NCBI GenBank assembly: GCA_964641225.1
Contig: CAZXKC010000001.1
Coordinates: forward strand, 23,268-87,267
Direction of reading: 5' to 3'
DNA length: 64,000 nucleotides
DNA from: an uncultured Candidatus Saccharibacteria bacterium
Lineage (GTDB): Bacteria; Patescibacteriota; Minisyncoccia; UBA6257; 1-14-0-10-44-23
Program-made: the position numbers and the translations under genes
The notes under the pieces: generated by a model
Told to the model about the DNA's origin: nothing
The model's input: the letters and a program-made list of their open reading frames with translations, nothing else
The model's database searches: none
Shown here: positions 56,079 through 64,000 of the stretch, piece by piece
How the letters are laid out: each line of letters starts with the position of its first letter
Position numbering within the stretch: position 1 is the stretch's first letter

Positions 56079-56120
56079 ACATATCACTATCTAGGACGGC
56101 CGTCCTAGATAGTGATATGT
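56079..56120. repeat. 42-bp perfect palindrome between convergent genes
   Basis: ACATATCACTATCTAGGACGG|CCGTCCTAGATAGTGATATGT. Confidence 0.92.
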
Positions 56121-56135
56121 GTGCACAGTTTAATG

Positions 56136-56726
56136 TTAGCGTTTCTTGAAATCAGCCAGCAGTTTTGTGGCTTCTTTTTTAGAAAGTTGAAATTTATTGG
56201 CTCCTTGCGCAATTCGCTGGCGTACGATTTCGTAGAGAAAGATTGCCGCCGTGACCGATACATTGAAGCTTTGTACAAAGCCGGCCATGGGCAGATAGAG
56301 TTTGTAGTTGGCGAGCGTTGCCGCCTCGGGCGAGACGCCGCGGTGTTCATTGCCCATCACAAGGGCCATCTTTTGTGCTGCGAGATCTTTTGTGTAGAGA
56401 TTTTCTGCCTGCGAATCGAGAATTGTAACTGCGATCTTGTATCCTTTCTTTTTTAATTCTTTAAAACATTCTTTGGTTGAGGTGAATATATGGAAGGTGA
56501 GCCACTTGTTAGCCGAAGAGGATGAGACCTTGCCGACCCGGCGCGGATTGTAACGTTTTTCTTTGTCAAAAATAACATACACCTCCTGAATACCGAGCCC
56601 TTCTGCTGTGCGAAGCATGGCCGCCGCGTTATGCGGATCATGAATATCTTCAAGCACAAGGACGAGTCCGGACTGGCGGTGTTCGGCGACGGTGCGTAGT
56701 TTTTTGAGGCGTTTTTCAGAAAGCAT
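56136..56726 (-). CDS. trmH: TrmH/SpoU family RNA methyltransferase
   Basis: LEDIHDPHNAAAMLRT, MGNEHRG, PMAGFVQSFNVSV. Confidence 0.85.
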   Translation of the reverse strand: MLSEKRLKKLRTVAEHRQSGLVLVLEDIHDPHNAAAMLRTAEGLGIQEVYVIFDKEKRYNPRRVGKVSSSSANKWLTFHIFTSTKECFKELKKKGYKIAVTILDSQAENLYTKDLAAQKMALVMGNEHRGVSPEAATLANYKLYLPMAGFVQSFNVSVTAAIFLYEIVRQRIAQGANKFQLSKKEATKLLADFKKR

Positions 56727-56764
56727 ATGCGTAGTAAGACTATGCTATAGTAAAAGAACTTTTT

Positions 56765-57658
56765 ATGCCAATAGGCCCCTTACTGATCTTTATCGCCGCC
56801 GTGCTCTGGGGGATTGATGGTATATTGCGTCGTAGTCTGTATTCACTTCCGCCGATTACGATTGTGTTTTATGAACACATCATCGGCGCACTTTTGATTT
56901 TGCCGTTTTTCCTGCGCGTATATAAAAAGGAACGCCTTACGAGGCAGGAGTGGTTGGCCATGGGAACCGTTGCGTTGTTTAGCGGCTTACTTGGGACGCT
57001 CTTTTTCACAACTGCTTTGGCAAAAGTTAACTTTATTCCATTTTCAGTTGTATTTTTACTTCAAAAACTGCAACCGATTTTTACGGTTATCACGGCTTGG
57101 ATTGTGCTTAAAGAAAAGCCAACCAAACAGTATTGGCTCTGGGCTGCACTGGCTGTCGGCGCGGCATATTTTGTAACTTTCCCGGGCGGAGCCGTGAATG
57201 TAGCGACGGGCGTTGGAACGCTTGCTGCGGCTGGGTTTGCAGTACTTGCGGCGCTCTGTTGGGGATCAACCACGGCCTTTTCGCGCTACACGTTATTGAA
57301 TCACTCCAACACATTTGTCACCGGTCTGCGATTTTTTCTCACAATTCTCTTTGCAATTCCGGCGTTGTTTATTCTCGGTGCAACGCCGCAGGTTACTGAC
57401 GTGGGCGGCGGGGAGGTGCTGCGCTTGGTTGCCATCGCACTTTCGAGCGGGCTCGTCGCCCTTTGGATTTATTATCGAGGGCTTAAAACAACCAAGGCTT
57501 CTGTCGCAACCATCGTAGAGTTGGCCTTTCCATTAACCGCTGTTTTTATTGATTATTTTTTGTATCACACCACGCTTGCTCCGAGTCAGTATATTGCCGC
57601 TCTAGTGCTGTTGTTCGCGGTCTATAAGGTAAGCAGATTGAATAAGGCGACGGCTTAA
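56765..57658 (+). CDS. EamA/DMT family transporter
   Basis: About 10 TM helices; LQKLQPIF; YYRGLK. Confidence 0.9.
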   Translation: MPIGPLLIFIAAVLWGIDGILRRSLYSLPPITIVFYEHIIGALLILPFFLRVYKKERLTRQEWLAMGTVALFSGLLGTLFFTTALAKVNFIPFSVVFLLQKLQPIFTVITAWIVLKEKPTKQYWLWAALAVGAAYFVTFPGGAVNVATGVGTLAAAGFAVLAALCWGSTTAFSRYTLLNHSNTFVTGLRFFLTILFAIPALFILGATPQVTDVGGGEVLRLVAIALSSGLVALWIYYRGLKTTKASVATIVELAFPLTAVFIDYFLYHTTLAPSQYIAALVLLFAVYKVSRLNKATA

Positions 57659-57799
57659 AGGCTGTGAATCGGTCTTGATTAGGTGTTTTTATAATTTAAT
57701 AAGAGCAGTTCTTTGCTTTTATTGCATTTTTGCTTTAAAATATATTTCCGCGAAATTTGGTCGCTACTATTCTCAAACCCAGGAGAGATTGCTTTGGAA

Positions 57800-58198
57800 A
57801 TGGGCGTTTTGGAGACGTTGACGCTCGAGTTCATGGACAGCGCGCTGGCACAGGAGGCGGATTTTCTCGACAACCTCGAGAACATCATCGCTTTTCTGTT
57901 GAACAGGCGTATCACTGAGCTGCCCAAGGATTATTGTGGCGGCACTGTTGCCGCCGAGTTCTACGCTGCGCGTCTGCGGCCGGAGCTGATGAAGACGGGT
58001 GTTTCGCCTCGGACTATGCAGGTCAGCCTGCAGAGGTGGATCATCAAGATCAAGGATCTGCGTAGTCGGGCGCAGACCGAGGAGCCGGCTCGCGCATCTG
58101 AGTTGGCCTCGACCGTGACGGCGGCGCTGCCTGAATCGCCTACGGGTCAGCTTGATCGGTTCGTCGACGGGCGGGCCAACGAGTTCATGAAGCGGTAG
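57800..58198 (+). CDS. GC-rich hypothetical protein
   Basis: AGGAG upstream; G/C-ending codons; hairpin ACGGCCGACTCCTG-CG-CAGGAGTCGGCCGT downstream. Confidence 0.5.
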   Translation: MGVLETLTLEFMDSALAQEADFLDNLENIIAFLLNRRITELPKDYCGGTVAAEFYAARLRPELMKTGVSPRTMQVSLQRWIIKIKDLRSRAQTEEPARASELASTVTAALPESPTGQLDRFVDGRANEFMKR

Positions 58199-58555
58199 TG
58201 TCTTTCGTCGCACTTAACACGGCCGACTCCTGCGCAGGAGTCGGCCGTTAGAATTTGTATATTATTGACGCGCCTGATACTGGCGAGCCTGATCTTCGAG
58301 CGCTGCTTTGTCGCGGATAAGAAAGTGGTAGGAGCTCCAGACAAGAAGCACTAAGACCATAAAGCCGATTAAGACTTTAATAAAATGTTTGTGTTCAATA
58401 CTTTTTCGAAATCCGTCTCCAAGTGGTGCCATTGTAATAAGTATAGCCTATCTGCGTCTATCTATTAAAGGCTTGGTAGACGCGAGCCTTGTTATCTTTT
58501 TCTGGAATGATGTGTATTATACACATACACAGGGGCCTGTGATCTGTTTGTCTGT

Positions 58556-59095
58556 ATGCCTACATCCACTAAAAAGATTACTAAACCAGCTCTTAAGCTT
58601 CAATTTTCAGAGGCCTACGACCAGTATGCCGATGCGATTTTTCGGCATTGTTATTTTCGAGTCCGCGACAGGCAGGTAGCGCGGGATTTAATGCAGGAGA
58701 CCTTTACCAAGGCTTGGCTGTATGCCTCGAACGGACGCGGCGCGATCGCCAGTTTGCGGGCATTTTTGTATACCGTAGCTAACCATTTAATTATTGATCG
58801 GAGCCGCAAAAAGAAAGAGGCCTCACTCGAGGCGCTGGCTGAAAATGGATTTGATCCGGGCGAACGCGATACTGCGCTTGGTCGCGATCCGATTGCGGCT
58901 GATGCGGTTCGCGCTATTTTGGAGGATATTAATCCAAAGTATCGTCAAGCACTTCAGCTGCATTATTTTGATGATTTATCTCCGAAAGAGATCGCGCAGG
59001 TGCTTGGCATTAGTAAAAATAACGTCTCTGTCCGGTTGCATTACGGTATTAAGCAGTTGCGACAGCGTTATCCGGCGGCGTATGATCAGTCATAA
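58556..59095 (+). CDS. ECF-type RNA polymerase sigma factor
   Basis: ARDLMQETFTKAW, FLYTVANHLIID, LSPKEIAQVLG...VSVRLH. Confidence 0.92.
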   Translation: MPTSTKKITKPALKLQFSEAYDQYADAIFRHCYFRVRDRQVARDLMQETFTKAWLYASNGRGAIASLRAFLYTVANHLIIDRSRKKKEASLEALAENGFDPGERDTALGRDPIAADAVRAILEDINPKYRQALQLHYFDDLSPKEIAQVLGISKNNVSVRLHYGIKQLRQRYPAAYDQS

Positions 59096-59103
59096 TCAAT
59101 TCT

Positions 59104-59328
59104 ATGCTTGAGGAATTTAAAAAAATTAAACTAACAGATCACGAGCGCGAGCAGGCGCGGGCTGCTTTGCGCGCCGCTATGGAGATGACGCCGGCGGAGT
59201 ATATGATGATGGTGCATAGCCGTGACGGTTCAACGCCGCCGGTATTTTCTGAAAAAGAACTTGAGAAGGTATTGCGTAAAATGACCGGCAAACCGGTCAG
59301 AAAACAAAAAAAACAGAGGCGTGCCTAG
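59104..59328 (+). CDS. small hypothetical protein downstream of ECF sigma
   Basis: 74 aa; position suggests an anti-sigma remnant. Confidence 0.5.
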   Translation: MLEEFKKIKLTDHEREQARAALRAAMEMTPAEYMMMVHSRDGSTPPVFSEKELEKVLRKMTGKPVRKQKKQRRA

Positions 59329-59329
59329 T

Positions 59330-59361
59330 CTTTTGCTACTGAGCATGCTCAGTAGCAAAAG
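59330..59361. repeat. 32-bp perfect palindrome
   Basis: CTTTTGCTACTGAGCA|TGCTCAGTAGCAAAAG. Confidence 0.9.
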
Positions 59362-59468
59362 GGTTGCACCGTTAATTTACTCGAATATTCGCACTTCGCG
59401 CTGTGTGCGAGGTTGCATCGAGGGCAAAACACATAGCCGCGTCACCCCCTGGGTGACGCGGCATGGTG

Positions 59469-59948
59469 CTACGCGGCTAGACGACTGAGTGATCGACGGC
59501 GAATCTCGTTGCGGACCAAGATCGCTATCTTCCTGACCTCGTTTGCTCCTCTCGGACTATCCGGTTGCTCGAGGGTGTCTTTCTCCGCCGTCTCTGCCTC
59601 AACTATCTCCTCGATTAGGTTGTTGATGTCTTCGAAGAACAGATCAGTTGCGACGCCATTTTCTTCTTCGACGGCTTCTTTTCTTAGGCTTTCTATCTCC
59701 TCGGCGCTGAAAAACTTCGCCGGGTTGAGCTGTCCTCGCTCAATAGCATCTCTGACTTTGAGTCTCCCGCAGACTGTTTCGACGCCACACTCTTTGAGGT
59801 GCTCGGCCCAGTAGATCAGGTGAGTCAGCAGCGGTCCGCCCAAGACCAGGCCGATGACGCATAACAGGATTTCGTTTGGGGCAAAGCCGAACCAGGCGAA
59901 GATGATAATGTCCCAGATCAGCCAACAGATCCAACTGATCAGAGCCAC
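59469..59948 (-). CDS. hypothetical membrane protein
   Basis: Two N-terminal hydrophobic helices; hairpin GCCGCGTCACCC-CCT-GGGTGACGCGGC at 3' end; start uncertain. Confidence 0.5.
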   Translation of the reverse strand: MALISWICWLIWDIIIFAWFGFAPNEILLCVIGLVLGGPLLTHLIYWAEHLKECGVETVCGRLKVRDAIERGQLNPAKFFSAEEIESLRKEAVEEENGVATDLFFEDINNLIEEIVEAETAEKDTLEQPDSPRGANEVRKIAILVRNEIRRRSLSRLAA

Positions 59949-60247
59949 GGTTTTTCGTCGGACTCTGCCTTAAAGCCCTTGAGGGCCCAGAACAACTTCA
60001 ATTTCTTTCGAGTCAAAAACTTCATGGCGCACTCCTTTAGTGAGCCCTTCCATACTTACCTTAGACCAGCTGGCGGGATTTTTCAACTCCAAGTTTGGAT
60101 TTAATGAAAACACGGTGCCTGCGTCATATACCATGGGTGTTTCTATGACTATATTTTTTGCGGCGAGTCTTCGTGAGCACATGAAAATTGACCGAGAGCG
60201 CGGTTGGCGCTATTTTGGGTATGAGTTTTAGTCTGACAGAAGCATCT

Positions 60248-62683
60248 ATGCCACGCGCGAAAAAAACTGCTTTTTCAGCAGCTGCAAAAAAAGTTGAGGA
60301 GGTGTTGCATATGAAGCTCGGCGAAGACGATCCGCCGGAGACTCATTTTTTTGAGCATGTAATTAATAGTGCTACTGATGGAGTTTTTGCGTATGATACT
60401 GAATTTCGCTACACGCTGTGGAATCCTGCGATGGAGGAGCTCACGGGGTTCTTAAAAGAGGAGGTTCTTGGTAAAGAGATTTTTGAGATATTTCCACCGA
60501 ATCTTGAGCCGGAGCAGAGAAAGCTGTATGAAGATGTCTTAGAAGGACGCAATAGTAGTCTTGAGGAGTGGCCTATCGTCGTGCCGCGGACACAGCAACA
60601 GCGTCTGATTGAAATTTATTTTTCACCACTGCGGGCGCACAAAAAAATCATCGGAGGAGTTGGCGTTGTTCGTGATATTACGCAATATCAGGATTTTAGA
60701 AATGCGGCTCTTGTTGCTGAGCAGAGTTTGCGGTCGTTGTTTGATGCCTCCAGCGACGTGATGGCGATTGTCTCGCTTGATGGTATGTTTACCTCGCTTA
60801 ACCCGGCGTGGGAGGAGTTGACTGGTTGGAGTGTTGAAGAGGGTTTGAAGATGAAATTTATCTCTGTGGTGCATCCTGATGATCGGGCGCCTTTTTTAGA
60901 GGGATTTCAGGCGCTCATACAAGGAAAATCGGCGAAGCCTATTCATGTCAGGGCGCAGAGAAAAGAAGGAGGGCAGCGGCTTGTTGAGGTGGTCGCACGA
61001 TCAATCTCTAAAAATGGGCGTATTATGGGCGTGCTGGCCGTCTGTCGTGACGTAACCGACAAAAAAGCCGGCGAGGACATGTTGCGTACCTGGGCTCATA
61101 TTTTTAGAAATATGAATGTAGGTATAAAAATTGATGACGCTGAAGGTAAGACGGTGCGCATGGTTAACCCGGCGTATGCGTTTATGCATGGGTATACGCA
61201 GGAGGAGGTGATGAATACGCCGACTATTTTGCAGTATCCAAAGGAGCTTAAGCAGGAGCTTGCTAATCACCATGCGATTTTACGAAAAAATGGGTATCAC
61301 GTGTTTGACAGTATTCATGTGCGTAAAGACGGCAGCACCTTTCCGGTGTCTATTGAAGCGACACTGATTAAAGATCAGTTTGGTGTTCCGCAGTATAGAG
61401 CGCTGCTTGTGCGTGATATTACCTCGCGGCGTGAGCTGGAGTATAAGCTTAGCGATTATACGCGCGACCTTGAGCGGAAAATCGTTGAACGAACAAAAGA
61501 GCTTGAGGGTAAACTGGCTCAGGAGGCCCAAGAAAAAGCAGAGGACGAGGCGCTTCTATCAAGTATTGGTGAGGGGGTGATCGTCACCGATGAGCGTGGC
61601 CGAATTATCTTTATTAATCATCAGACTGAGCAATTGCTCGGGTGGGAGTCGCCGGCGGTTGTCGGCAAGAATTTTTCTTCTCTGTTGGTTATCACCGATC
61701 GCAACCACCGAAAATTGCCTGCGGATAGGCAGCCGATTAGATTGGCGCTTAAAGACAGAAAGAAGACCACGACCAGTGATTATTTTTATGTCCGCAGCGA
61801 TGGTACTGATTTCCCGGTGGCGCTTACAACATCACCGGTGACTCTGGGCGAAAAAATTATCGGTGCGATGACGGTGTTTCGCGATATTACTAAGGAAAAG
61901 GAGGTTGACCGGGTTAAGAGTGAGTTTGTCTCGCTGGCAAGTCATCAGTTGCGTACGCCGCTTTCTACGATTAATTGGTATGCAGAAAGTTTATTGAACG
62001 GGAAAATGGCTGCGGTTGATGCGCGGCAAAAGCGGTATATTGAACAAATTTATAATGCGAGCCGAAGAATGGTAAAGCTGATTCACGATCTCCTGCACGT
62101 CTCTCGGCTTGAGCTTGGTACCTTTGGTCTCAATCCTGAACGATTAAAAGTATCCGATGTTATTCATCAGGTGCTTAGCGAGACGGCGCTTCAGGTGAAG
62201 GCGCGGCATCTGAACGTGATTGAGCAGTATGATCGCAAGGCGCCTCTTATCGATATTGACCGACAACTTGCGCATATTGTTTTTGAGAATTTAATCACCA
62301 ATGCTATTAAGTACACCGATGACGGAGGAACAATAACGGTCGAAACGGCGTACTGGCCGAAAGGTCGGCCGGCCTGGGTACCGCCGCAGTGTCCGAATGC
62401 GCCGCTACTAATTTGTGCAGTTACTGATAGCGGGTACGGAATCCCAAAGGCCGTACAAGGACAGGTGTTTACGAAGTTTTTTAGAGCCGCTAATGTGAAG
62501 GAGAAAGACCAGGACGGTACTGGTTTAGGCCTGTATATTGTTAAATCACTGGTAACGCTACTTAAGGGGGCGATCTGGTTTGAATCGCCGGGTAGTACGC
62601 TCTCTGGCGAGAAAACTGGTAGTAAGAGAAAGGGCACGACGTTCTATGTTGCAATTCCGGTTGGGTCTCGAAAATTATTTTAA
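60248..62683 (+). CDS. multi-PAS sensor histidine kinase
   Basis: Four PAS/PAC domains; ASHQLRTP; NAIKY; DSGYG; GTGLGL. Confidence 0.95.
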   Translation: MPRAKKTAFSAAAKKVEEVLHMKLGEDDPPETHFFEHVINSATDGVFAYDTEFRYTLWNPAMEELTGFLKEEVLGKEIFEIFPPNLEPEQRKLYEDVLEGRNSSLEEWPIVVPRTQQQRLIEIYFSPLRAHKKIIGGVGVVRDITQYQDFRNAALVAEQSLRSLFDASSDVMAIVSLDGMFTSLNPAWEELTGWSVEEGLKMKFISVVHPDDRAPFLEGFQALIQGKSAKPIHVRAQRKEGGQRLVEVVARSISKNGRIMGVLAVCRDVTDKKAGEDMLRTWAHIFRNMNVGIKIDDAEGKTVRMVNPAYAFMHGYTQEEVMNTPTILQYPKELKQELANHHAILRKNGYHVFDSIHVRKDGSTFPVSIEATLIKDQFGVPQYRALLVRDITSRRELEYKLSDYTRDLERKIVERTKELEGKLAQEAQEKAEDEALLSSIGEGVIVTDERGRIIFINHQTEQLLGWESPAVVGKNFSSLLVITDRNHRKLPADRQPIRLALKDRKKTTTSDYFYVRSDGTDFPVALTTSPVTLGEKIIGAMTVFRDITKEKEVDRVKSEFVSLASHQLRTPLSTINWYAESLLNGKMAAVDARQKRYIEQIYNASRRMVKLIHDLLHVSRLELGTFGLNPERLKVSDVIHQVLSETALQVKARHLNVIEQYDRKAPLIDIDRQLAHIVFENLITNAIKYTDDGGTITVETAYWPKGRPAWVPPQCPNAPLLICAVTDSGYGIPKAVQGQVFTKFFRAANVKEKDQDGTGLGLYIVKSLVTLLKGAIWFESPGSTLSGEKTGSKRKGTTFYVAIPVGSRKLF

Positions 62684-62702
62684 CGTAACTTTTATAAACA
62701 CT

Positions 62703-63086
62703 ATGGCACCTAAACCGAAAAAGATTTTGATCGTGGAAGATGAGGCACCGCTGCGCGAGGTACTGCGCGATAATTTGGAGCTCGACGGGTTTGCAGTTGT
62801 TGAGGCAAGTAACGGTATGGATGGCCTGAAAATGGCTGATAAGGAAAAGCCTGATTTGATTTTGCTCGATATTTTGATGCCGAAGATGGACGGTATGACG
62901 ATGATGGAAAAGTTCCGCACTACGAAGGGTGGCAATCGCGTCCCGATTATGCTGCTTACGAACGTTTCCGCCGATCGAAAAATTATCAAAAGCCTTATTA
63001 AGTACATGCCAGTGTACTACTTTGATAAATCAAGCCGCACTATCGGTGAAATTATCCTGCGCATTAAGTCGCGACTCGAGGAGTAA
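62703..63086 (+). CDS. single-domain response regulator
   Basis: ILIVEDE, ILLDILMPKMDG, LLTN, K. Confidence 0.93.
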   Translation: MAPKPKKILIVEDEAPLREVLRDNLELDGFAVVEASNGMDGLKMADKEKPDLILLDILMPKMDGMTMMEKFRTTKGGNRVPIMLLTNVSADRKIIKSLIKYMPVYYFDKSSRTIGEIILRIKSRLEE

Positions 63087-63140
63087 AAGCCGACAGGCTT
63101 AGGTTTACAGCTCTGTGCTGTCCGTGTACGCTAGAAGGTA

Positions 63141-63812
63141 ATGGTTAGAGTTCGTACGAGTAAAAAAACGAATAGAGCTAAGACGTCGCACGCGCTGAGT
63201 GTTCCGAAATGGCTTGAATGTACGTGGCGAAGAATACCGTGTGGCAGCAAGAGTTGCCCGGTATGCTCTGTGCTTGCTCAAGAGCAAGAAAAGATGGTCG
63301 TAAGCGGTCGGATAGAGGAGGCGATTATCGACGCGCTGGATGATTTACGCTACAGTATCGCTGAATCATTTCTCGCGATTATTGATGGGGCACACGAGAT
63401 TCATCGTGGTCATGCGCGATCGCGCATTGCCGTGAAACGGCATGCGCCGCGTCGTTTTGCGCTCTATAAAACCTGTGATCTATGGCATGAGGCACTGCAC
63501 GAGGTGTGTGATGATGCAGAAGTCAGCGAAAGTATGTGGATCCAGAGTACGGATGCAGCGGACCTTGATTGGTATGTGCATGTGTTGCTTGATTATATTC
63601 ATCGGCACGCAGAATATGTTGCTTTGCATCGACACGGCGCTGCGGCTCAGTCTACCGCTGTTCAATATACCCGCGAGGTGATCAGTCAGACGGCTCAGGT
63701 GCTATACGAGGCGCTCTCTCGCCTGAGTCTTCTTAATTCAAGCGAAAAAGGAGCACTCATGGTGCTGATGGGTCGGTTTGAAAAGCTTAGAAAAGACATA
63801 GCACTACTATGA
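63141..63812 (+). CDS. hypothetical protein
   Basis: 223 aa; CTW..IPCG..SCPVC Cys cluster. Confidence 0.65.
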   Translation: MVRVRTSKKTNRAKTSHALSVPKWLECTWRRIPCGSKSCPVCSVLAQEQEKMVVSGRIEEAIIDALDDLRYSIAESFLAIIDGAHEIHRGHARSRIAVKRHAPRRFALYKTCDLWHEALHEVCDDAEVSESMWIQSTDAADLDWYVHVLLDYIHRHAEYVALHRHGAAAQSTAVQYTREVISQTAQVLYEALSRLSLLNSSEKGALMVLMGRFEKLRKDIALL

Positions 63813-64000
63813 CCACCAGTAGCGCTCAGCAGCTGCTGCGCAAGCATGCTGATCCTGCACGGGCAAAAATTTCGCGCGGTTTTTTTAAGACCGGACCTGG
63901 CCAGTACGGCGAGGGCGATGTATTTATCGGCGTTACTGTGCCTGCGATTCGGTCCGTGGCTCGCGAGAGTCTGCTGATGTCGCGTGTTGAGGTAAGGCAT
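63809..64000 (+). CDS. alkD: DNA alkylation repair protein (AlkD family), 3' truncated by window
   Basis: Not in ORF track; MTTSSAQQLLRKHADPARAKISRGFFKTGPGQYGEGDVFIGVTVPAIR. Confidence 0.85.
   Translation, partial: MTTSSAQQLLRKHADPARAKISRGFFKTGPGQYGEGDVFIGVTVPAIRSVARESLLMSRVEVRH

Noticed and set aside
1-64000. Alternative genetic code (UGA=Gly, code 25)
   Set aside because: Core genes are intact under code 11 and TGA serves as a normal stop (e.g. tmk at 3248-3250 overlapping the gatB start)

Overview
Genomic window from a probable Patescibacteria (CPR, Parcubacteria-like) bacterium using genetic code 11. The taxonomic call is an inference from gene style, mostly SD-less starts and rplK without rplA. 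1-6 kb is core genome (gyrB 3' part, secE-nusG-rplK, tmk, gatB), ending in tRNA-Asn(GTT) at 6227-6298. From the tRNA 3' end to about 46.7 kb lies a composite island with three large serine recombinases (LSRs). Six junctions share a GGAGC(C) core identical to the tRNA 3' end. Two are tRNA-like arms (GTTC 17 bp before the core) into which an LSR gene runs and stops. Four have GTTC 22 bp before the core and encode, on the minus strand and in the LSR frame, a displaced C-terminal tail. Excision would therefore swap the recombinase C-terminus, and orphan right ends bracket small cargo blocks. The island also carries two covarying copies of an unrecognised ~135-nt structured RNA, a DUF3800 gene with a 3' structured RNA, an NgoFVII-like R-M system, a Lamassu/ABC-3C defence system, a rolling-circle Rep, and a 2543-aa RHS protein with duplicated LamG domains. 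46.7-64 kb holds small stress/resistance genes, an ABC transporter, a DEAD-box helicase, TrmH, an ECF sigma factor, a PAS two-component system and the start of alkD. All calls come from reading the sequence; no database searches were run.
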